Source of the DNA: an uncultured Spirochaetaceae bacterium
GTDB taxonomy: Bacteria; Spirochaetota; Spirochaetia; SZUA-6; Bin103
Length of the DNA stretch: 33,059 nucleotides
Direction: 5' to 3'
NCBI GenBank assembly: GCA_964346995.1
Contig: CAYFXT010000004.1
Span: 1-33,059 of the forward strand
The position numbers were made by a program, and so were the translations under genes. Numbering within the stretch: position 1 is the first letter of the stretch; each line of letters begins with the position of its first letter. Shown here piece by piece: positions 27,877-33,059 of this stretch. A model generated the notes under the pieces. It made no database searches. It was not told the DNA's origin and was given only the letters and a program-made list of their open reading frames with translations.

Positions 27877-28800
27877 TCAGACCGGGGGAGCCCAGGTTAC
27901 GCGCTGCATCCAGAAGAAGAACAACGGCGCGCACAGCAGCATGGAGTCGATGGAGTCCAGCAGCCCCCCGCGGCCCGGAATGAGTCCGCCGGAGTCCTTG
28001 ACCTGCGCCGCGCGTTTGAGGGCGGACTCGACAAGATCACCGACTGCAACGGATACGCCCAATGCTCCACCTCCCAGTGCTGCCTCCAAGGTACCGAACT
28101 GCGGCGCGCCGGGGAACAAGTGTTGCGCGACGATCAGCGCGGCGATCGAAGCGGCGATGCCGGTCACGTAGCCGACCGCGGTCTTCGTTGGGCTGGCCGG
28201 CAACCCCAGGGCGGTACGTCCGCCGGCCAGCCTGCCGGCCACGTAGGCGGCCGTGTCGTTGCCGAACACGGCAACGAAGAAGGTGAGCAGCATCCACTGC
28301 GGATCGCCGATCCCGGCCAGGCGCACGATGTAGCCGATGAACAGGCCCGGATACAGACTGGCGATCAGGGTCGTGCCGGCCTGCGCGAGCGGATTCGCTT
28401 CTGCGACCGGGTTCGCCTTGGCGACCGGGTTCGTCGGCGCGTCGGACCGGTGTGAAGAGCGCAACATGGTTGCCGCTATCACCGCCGCGACTACCGCCAC
28501 CGCCACGCCGCCAAAGGCGTGTGGCGACACCAGAGACCGGTTTTCCAGGTAGGCGGCGGCCGGAAACAGGGCCGAACACACGGATGCCATCCGCCAGTCT
28601 CCCGGCAGGCCGCGGCGCACGAACAGCGTGGCAACCTCGCGCGATCCGAGCACGGCCGCGGCCGTCGCGCACAGGCTGAACAGGAGATGGTGGAAGGCGG
28701 GTAGAGCGAAGATCAGCAGGTAGAAGGCGGGTATCGACGCTACGAGCAGCAGCACGCGCGCCCAGAAACGATCAGCCGACAGTATCTTATGCGGGCTCAC
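27877..28800 (-). CDS. cdsA: Phosphatidate cytidylyltransferase
   Basis: NDTAAY, ASPTKTAVG, GDLVESALKRAAQVKDSGGLIPGRGGLLDSIDS. Confidence 0.92.
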   Translation of the reverse strand: MSPHKILSADRFWARVLLLVASIPAFYLLIFALPAFHHLLFSLCATAAAVLGSREVATLFVRRGLPGDWRMASVCSALFPAAAYLENRSLVSPHAFGGVAVAVVAAVIAATMLRSSHRSDAPTNPVAKANPVAEANPLAQAGTTLIASLYPGLFIGYIVRLAGIGDPQWMLLTFFVAVFGNDTAAYVAGRLAGGRTALGLPASPTKTAVGYVTGIAASIAALIVAQHLFPGAPQFGTLEAALGGGALGVSVAVGDLVESALKRAAQVKDSGGLIPGRGGLLDSIDSMLLCAPLFFFWMQRVTWAPPV

Positions 28801-28842
28801 AATCGGTGCTTGGCGCGCCGGTATCGATGCCGGGCTGTGTCG

Positions 28843-29394
28843 TCAGATCTCCATGATCTCCTTTTCCTTGGCAGCAAGCAGCGCATTGATCTCGGCGATG
28901 CGTTCGTCGGTTGCGGTCTGCACCCGATCCGACGCGCGTTTCGCCTCGTCCTCGCTCAGCCCCTCTTTCTTCTGCTGCCTGATCCCCTCGTTGAGGTCGC
29001 GGCGGATGTTGCGTACCGCCACGCGCGCCTGTTCGGCAGCGTTGCGCGCCTGTTTGACGATTTCCTTGCGCCGCTCTTCGGTAAGGGGCGGGATGCTGAT
29101 GCGGATTACCTTGCCATCGTTGCTCGGGTTCAAGGACAGGTCCGACTTCTGAATGGCACGCTCGGTCGCGCTCAAGGTGGATCGATCCCAGGGCTGGATG
29201 ATCACCAGACGCGCCTCCGGGATGGAAATGGTCGCCGTCTGGCCCAGCGGCATCTGCTGCCCGTACGCCTCGACGCGAACCTTGTCGAACATGGCGGCAC
29301 TGGCACGCCCGGTACGAATCGTCTTGAACTCGCTCATCAGCGCATCGAGCGTCTTCTGCATGCGCTGCTTTGCCTCACCGGCAAGCTCGGCCAC
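28843..29394 (-). CDS. frr: Ribosome recycling factor
   Basis: IRTGRAS, IQPWD, NPSNDGKVIRISIPPLTEERRKE, AKEKEIMEI; GGAGG before GTG 29394. Confidence 0.97.
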   Translation of the reverse strand: MAELAGEAKQRMQKTLDALMSEFKTIRTGRASAAMFDKVRVEAYGQQMPLGQTATISIPEARLVIIQPWDRSTLSATERAIQKSDLSLNPSNDGKVIRISIPPLTEERRKEIVKQARNAAEQARVAVRNIRRDLNEGIRQQKKEGLSEDEAKRASDRVQTATDERIAEINALLAAKEKEIMEI

Positions 29395-29419
29395 GGTCTC
29401 CTCCCTCAGGTGAATGCCC

Positions 29420-30265
29420 TCACGCCGGGGCGTCCTCACCTACCTTGTAGTATACGTAGTCAGCTATCGACACCTCGGTCCCGAGCTCCTTGCCGAGCGA
29501 CGAGACGATCTGCTTTACGCTCAGTTTCTGATCCTTCACGAACGCCTGTTCCAGGAGACATACCTCCTGCAGATGCTTGCGCAGCTTGCCCTTGATGATC
29601 CCGTCCACCACCCGGGGCGGCTTGTCGAGCGCCTCGGCCTGGGTGCGAAAGATCGCCTCCTGCTCCGCCAGATACTCGCTGCTTACATCGTCGGAATCGA
29701 GGAACGGCGGCGCGAAGGCGGCGACGTGGAGCGCCAGATCGAAGGCCGTCTGACTGACGCGAGCATCCCCGGCCATCCTGGAGTCGGCGGTGTGCAGCTT
29801 GACCAGCACGCCGATGTTCCCTTCCCCGTGCAGGTAGTGCGCCACGGTTTCGCCGTCGCCCACCGACACGCTGTGGAAGCGACGCAGGGCTATGTTTTCC
29901 TTGATCCTGCCGATCGCGTCAGTGATCAGTTGCTGCATCTTCTCGGTGGGCGCCTGCGGGCGCGAAGCGGCTATCTCGGCTACCAGCTTGTCGCCGAGAT
30001 CCACGAACTGCGCGTTGCGAGCGACGAAATCGGTCTCGCTCGACAGCTCCAGAATCGCCGCCGTGCCGTTTACGGTCGCGAAGATGCGCCCTTCGTTGGC
30101 CGCGCGGCCGCTGCGCTTGGCGGCGGCGGACAGGCCCATCTCCTTGAGCCGGCGCTCCGCACCGGCCAGATCGCCATTGCTGTTCACCAGGGCACGTTTG
30201 CAGTCCATCATTCCAGCTCCGGTCTGCTCCCGGAGTCGCTTCACGTCTTTCGCGGAAATTGCCAA
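29420..30265 (-). CDS. tsf: Translation elongation factor Ts
   Basis: VKRLREQTGAGMMDCKRAL, SETDFVARN, LLEQAFVKD; AGGAG before TTG 30265. Confidence 0.97.
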   Translation of the reverse strand: MAISAKDVKRLREQTGAGMMDCKRALVNSNGDLAGAERRLKEMGLSAAAKRSGRAANEGRIFATVNGTAAILELSSETDFVARNAQFVDLGDKLVAEIAASRPQAPTEKMQQLITDAIGRIKENIALRRFHSVSVGDGETVAHYLHGEGNIGVLVKLHTADSRMAGDARVSQTAFDLALHVAAFAPPFLDSDDVSSEYLAEQEAIFRTQAEALDKPPRVVDGIIKGKLRKHLQEVCLLEQAFVKDQKLSVKQIVSSLGKELGTEVSIADYVYYKVGEDAPA

Positions 30266-30416
30266 AGGTAACTCCTGACTCTGTTCTGTACGACATGGTC
30301 GTACGACCCACTCGCTCACCGCGCGAGCAGCCGAGTTCGTCGACGATCACCAGCGACTTGAAGTCGTACCACCCCGTGCGCTCACCGCGCCCCCGCGGCC
30401 AGCGGCGGCTGTGCGG

Positions 30417-31403
30417 CTAACGGCGGTCGTAAAGGGTATCTTCGTCGATCCCGGCTTTGTCGGTAACGGTTTCCTGTTCCGGCTGCGGCCGCTCGGGCTC
30501 CTCTTCGGGCGTATAGTTGGAATAATCCTGATCCGTGAACCCTTGCGGCGCGTCGTCGTCGGTCACTGCGGCGCCAGCCATTTCGCCCAGCGAAATCGTT
30601 TCCAATTCCGGGCTCGGGGGGACATCGTAATCTTCTCCGTACTCGTCCTTGTCGATGATCTGATCGTAGTCGTACTCGTCGGTGCCCTCGTCCTGCAGCG
30701 TCTCGATCACTTCGAGCCCGACCTCGTTCTCCGCCTCGACCACCGCGTTGGCGACGATCTGGGTAAACAGAGTGATCGCTCGAATAGCGTCGTCGTTGCC
30801 CGGAATCGGCAGATCGATCAGGTCCGGGTTGCAGTTGGTGTCGACGATCGCCACTACCGGAATCTTCATCTTGTTGGCTTCGGCGATCGCGATCGCTTCC
30901 TTGCGCGTATCGACCACGAACATGACCCCCGGCAGGTCCTTCATTTCCTTGATCCCGCCCAGGTTGCGCTCCAGCCTCGCCTGCTCCTTCTGCATGCGCG
31001 AAATCTCTTTCTTGGTCATGTTGGCGAAGGTCCCGTCCACTTCCATCTTCTCGATCTTCTTCAATTTGAGCAGCGAACGCTTCATGGTCGAGAAGTTGGT
31101 CAGCATGCCGCCAAGCCAGCGGTTGTTGACGTAGAACATGTTGCAGCGCCGCGCTTCGCGCTCGATCGACTGCTGCGCCTGCTTCTTGGTGCCGACGAAC
31201 AGCACGTGCTTGCCGGCCAGAACACTCTGGCGGACCTTTTCGTACGCATCCTTTATCGCGACGATGGTCTTCTGCAGATCGATGATGTGGATGCCATTGC
31301 GCTCGGCAAAGATGTACCGCGCCATGCGCGGATCCCAACGCTTGGTCTGGTGCCCGAAGTGCACCCCGGACTCCAGCAGGTTCTTCATGGTTACGACGGC
31401 CAA
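30417..31403 (-). CDS. rpsB: 30S ribosomal protein S2 with a long acidic C-terminal tail
   Basis: [48 protein letters not shown]; TTG start with AGGAGG. Confidence 0.97.
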   Translation of the reverse strand: MAVVTMKNLLESGVHFGHQTKRWDPRMARYIFAERNGIHIIDLQKTIVAIKDAYEKVRQSVLAGKHVLFVGTKKQAQQSIEREARRCNMFYVNNRWLGGMLTNFSTMKRSLLKLKKIEKMEVDGTFANMTKKEISRMQKEQARLERNLGGIKEMKDLPGVMFVVDTRKEAIAIAEANKMKIPVVAIVDTNCNPDLIDLPIPGNDDAIRAITLFTQIVANAVVEAENEVGLEVIETLQDEGTDEYDYDQIIDKDEYGEDYDVPPSPELETISLGEMAGAAVTDDDAPQGFTDQDYSNYTPEEEPERPQPEQETVTDKAGIDEDTLYDRR

Positions 31404-31420
31404 CTAAATCCCTCCTTCCA

Positions 31421-32050
31421 TCAATCCACCCTTCCATCACTATGGGCAACGAACGGGGCAGCGAACGGATAACCAGTCCGTGCCAACATACGATATATCG
31501 TTGCCAGCGGCAACCCTACGACATTGCTGCAGGAGCCGCAGAGGTGCTCTACCAGGAATGCGGCGCGGCCCTGGATGCGGTACCCGCCGGCTGCCCCGCG
31601 CCACTCGCCGGTGTCCAGGTACCACTCCAGCTCGTCGCCGGTGAGGGCGGCGAAGGTTACCTCGCTAGTCGCCACCTCGGTGGCCAGCGTGCCGCCGGGG
31701 GTGACCAGAGCCACCCCGGTCAGTACCCGGTGCGTGCGTCCGGCGAGCCGGCTCAGCAGCGCCCCGGCGGCACGCCGGTCGGCCGGCTTGCCCAGCAACT
31801 CGCCGTCGCTCAGTATCGCGGTATCAGCCGCCACGATCCAGTGCGTAGCGCACAACCGGCCGGCCACAGCGCGCGCCTTGCGACGGGCCAGGGCCGCCAC
31901 CACGGCGGCGGGCGGCAACGTGCCAAGGTCCGCCGCGAGCGTCTCGTCCACCCCCGACGGCACCACCTGCACCGGCAGGGAAACCGACTCCAGCAGCCGA
32001 CGCCGTTGCGGCGAGGCGGAGGCCAGGACGATGGTGGGGGAGGCGCTCAC
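31421..32050 (-). CDS. maf: Maf-family nucleoside triphosphate pyrophosphatase (YhdE-like)
   Basis: IVLASASPQRR, VDE, AADT, LGKP, GRTHRVLTG, AGGYRIQG, NVVGLPL; start GTG 32050. Confidence 0.9.
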   Translation of the reverse strand: MSASPTIVLASASPQRRRLLESVSLPVQVVPSGVDETLAADLGTLPPAAVVAALARRKARAVAGRLCATHWIVAADTAILSDGELLGKPADRRAAGALLSRLAGRTHRVLTGVALVTPGGTLATEVATSEVTFAALTGDELEWYLDTGEWRGAAGGYRIQGRAAFLVEHLCGSCSNVVGLPLATIYRMLARTGYPFAAPFVAHSDGRVD

Positions 32051-32250
32051 GGCGGTTGCGGAACAGGCCTCACGTCTGCGATGGACCGCGTAGCGGTGTG
32101 ACGGCGCACGACGCGGTCCAAGTCCGACCCCGCCCTGGACAGGGACCGGCAGCCCGGACTCACCTCGGAGACCCGCAGCTCGCTGCACTGCAGCCGGTTG
32201 CTCCGCATGGCCCCACTCTACTACGACCGGCCACCCCGTTACCGAACTCC

Positions 32251-32307
32251 GACGCCACGACGGGGACGAACCGACCCGCGTGTGAGCGCTCGACCACTTG
32301 GCGGGAA
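32251..32307 (+). repeat. Copy B of the dispersed repeat; left inverted repeat of the protease segment
   Basis: 32272-32306 CGACCCGCGTGTGAGCGCTCGACCACTTGGCGGGA is 33/35 identical to the reverse complement of 32824-32858 and aligns with 11992-12049. Confidence 0.85.
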
Positions 32308-32324
32308 CCCGGCCGGAGTCTCCG

Positions 32325-32353
32325 TTGACCGACCGCGAAAGCAGGGCTACGGT
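32325..32353 (+). promoter_or_regulatory. Promoter for a probably leaderless protease transcript
   Basis: TTGACC-N17-TACGGT, 6 nt before ATG 32360; no SD. Confidence 0.6.
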
Positions 32354-32359
32354 GACGCG

Positions 32360-32767
32360 ATGGGCGCCTTTCGGACCGACTGTACCGTGGTGAACCACAC
32401 CGACCGCTCGAGATTCGTTCGAATTGCCAGATTGCTGGTCGATACCGGCAGTGAGTATTCCTGGATACCGAGAAGCGATCTGGAGCGCATCGGCGTAGTA
32501 CGGGAGAAGACCGATCTCCGGTTCGTCATGGCAAATGGAGATCGGATCACTCGGAGTGTCGGATTCGCGATCCTGCGAGTCGCCGAGGGCTTTACCATCG
32601 ACGAAGTCGTGTTCGCAGAACCCGGAGATCTCAGCTTGCTTGGTGCGCGGACCCTCGAAGGAATGAACCTGTCGGTGGATCCTTCGCGGAAGAGGCTGGT
32701 AGCCTCAGGCCCACTGCCGGCGGCGACCGCTCGCAGACCTTCACCGCCAGCGACGATCACGACGTAG
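32360..32767 (+). CDS. Retropepsin-like (clan AA) aspartyl protease, single domain
   Basis: LLVDTGSEYSWIP, MANG flap, LLGARTLEGMNLSVDP; 135 aa. Confidence 0.85.
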   Translation: MGAFRTDCTVVNHTDRSRFVRIARLLVDTGSEYSWIPRSDLERIGVVREKTDLRFVMANGDRITRSVGFAILRVAEGFTIDEVVFAEPGDLSLLGARTLEGMNLSVDPSRKRLVASGPLPAATARRPSPPATITT

Positions 32768-32816
32768 TGAGCGCTGGTATACGCGCGAGCCACGGAAGAG
32801 TAACTGGCACCCAGGA

Positions 32817-32868
32817 GGGTGCATCCCGCCAAGTGGTAGAGCGCTCACACCCGGGTCGTCTCGCCGTC
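32817..32868 (-). repeat. Copy C of the dispersed repeat; right inverted repeat of the protease segment
   Basis: GGGTGCATCCCGCCAAGTGGTAGAGCGCTCACACCCGGGTCG aligns with the reverse complement of 12012-12056 and of copy B. Confidence 0.85.
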
Positions 32869-32897
32869 TTGATTGCAACGCAATCGGGCCGTAGATT
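32869..32897 (+). promoter_or_regulatory. Promoter with operator palindrome for the antitoxin-like gene
   Basis: TTGATT-N17-TAGATT overlapped by GATTGC-AAC-GCAATC (32871-32885); GGAGG before ATG 32926. Confidence 0.65.
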
Positions 32898-32925
32898 GGG
32901 CTCTCGAAGAACGGAGGGCTTGGCC

Positions 32926-33059
32926 ATGGCGAGCATCACGATCCGCAACCTCGACGACGTGAAGACGCGCCTGCGCGTGCGCGCCGCCGAACACCACCGT
33001 TCCCGGAGGAGGAGGCGCGGCTGATCCTGCGCGACGCGGTGGGGCGCACGGCGGATTCG
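32926..33059 (+). pseudogene. FitA/StbC-like ribbon-helix-helix antitoxin, frameshifted; runs off the window
   Basis: MASITIRNLDDVKTRLRVRAAEHHRS, then a frame change at 33004-33005; the family continuation EEEARLILRDAVGR is in another frame; in-frame TGA at 33022. Confidence 0.75.

Noticed and set aside
29395-29419. Absence of pyrH between tsf and frr
   Set aside because: Known arrangement in spirochaetes; used only as a taxonomic clue
31414-31439. CCTTCCATCA direct repeat at the maf-rpsB junction as an S2 autoregulatory leader
   Set aside because: Only a 10-bp duplication around the SD; no recognisable rpsB leader fold
32281-32292. lacO-like TGTGAGCGCTC (vector contamination or LacI site)
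   Set aside because: Lacks the AATT flanks and sits inside the longer native repeat
32251-32868. CRISPR array or integron attC interpretation of the repeats
   Set aside because: Copies are inverted or 20 kb apart, with no regular spacers, no RYYYAAC/GTTRRRY cores, and no cas or intI gene in view

Overview
High-GC bacterial chromosomal window. Gene order (rpsF-ssb-rpsR-YybS-like-rplI-dnaB; maf-rpsB-tsf-frr-cdsA-rseP-WD40 with no pyrH; PBP1A followed by a short ParB-N gene) suggests Spirochaetota; this is inferred from synteny only. The left third is accessory metabolism and transport: CinA-like tail, TIM-barrel sugar isomerase, VOC protein, enolase-superfamily dehydratase, and an ABC operon with three FtsX/MacB-type permeases (two are close paralogues), a LolD-like ATPase, a LolA-like protein and a probable outer-membrane barrel. 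The middle and right are mostly housekeeping: PBP1A, gcvH, ParB-N, mutL, DUF503, an HD hydrolase, ribosomal, replication and translation genes. Main signals not explained by the gene calls: (1) a dispersed repeat in three copies, one inside a 101-nt closed hairpin at 11956-12056 and two as 35-bp inverted repeats framing a retropepsin-like protease gene next to a frameshifted FitA-like antitoxin; (2) a ~200-nt structured RNA candidate with promoter, operator palindrome, C-rich loop and terminator directly upstream of PBP1A; (3) an HTH-less ParB CTPase domain ending in a Trp/Arg amphipathic helix, in the PBP1A operon. I saw no tRNA, rRNA, CRISPR array or transposase. All calls are by eye from motifs; no database searches were run.
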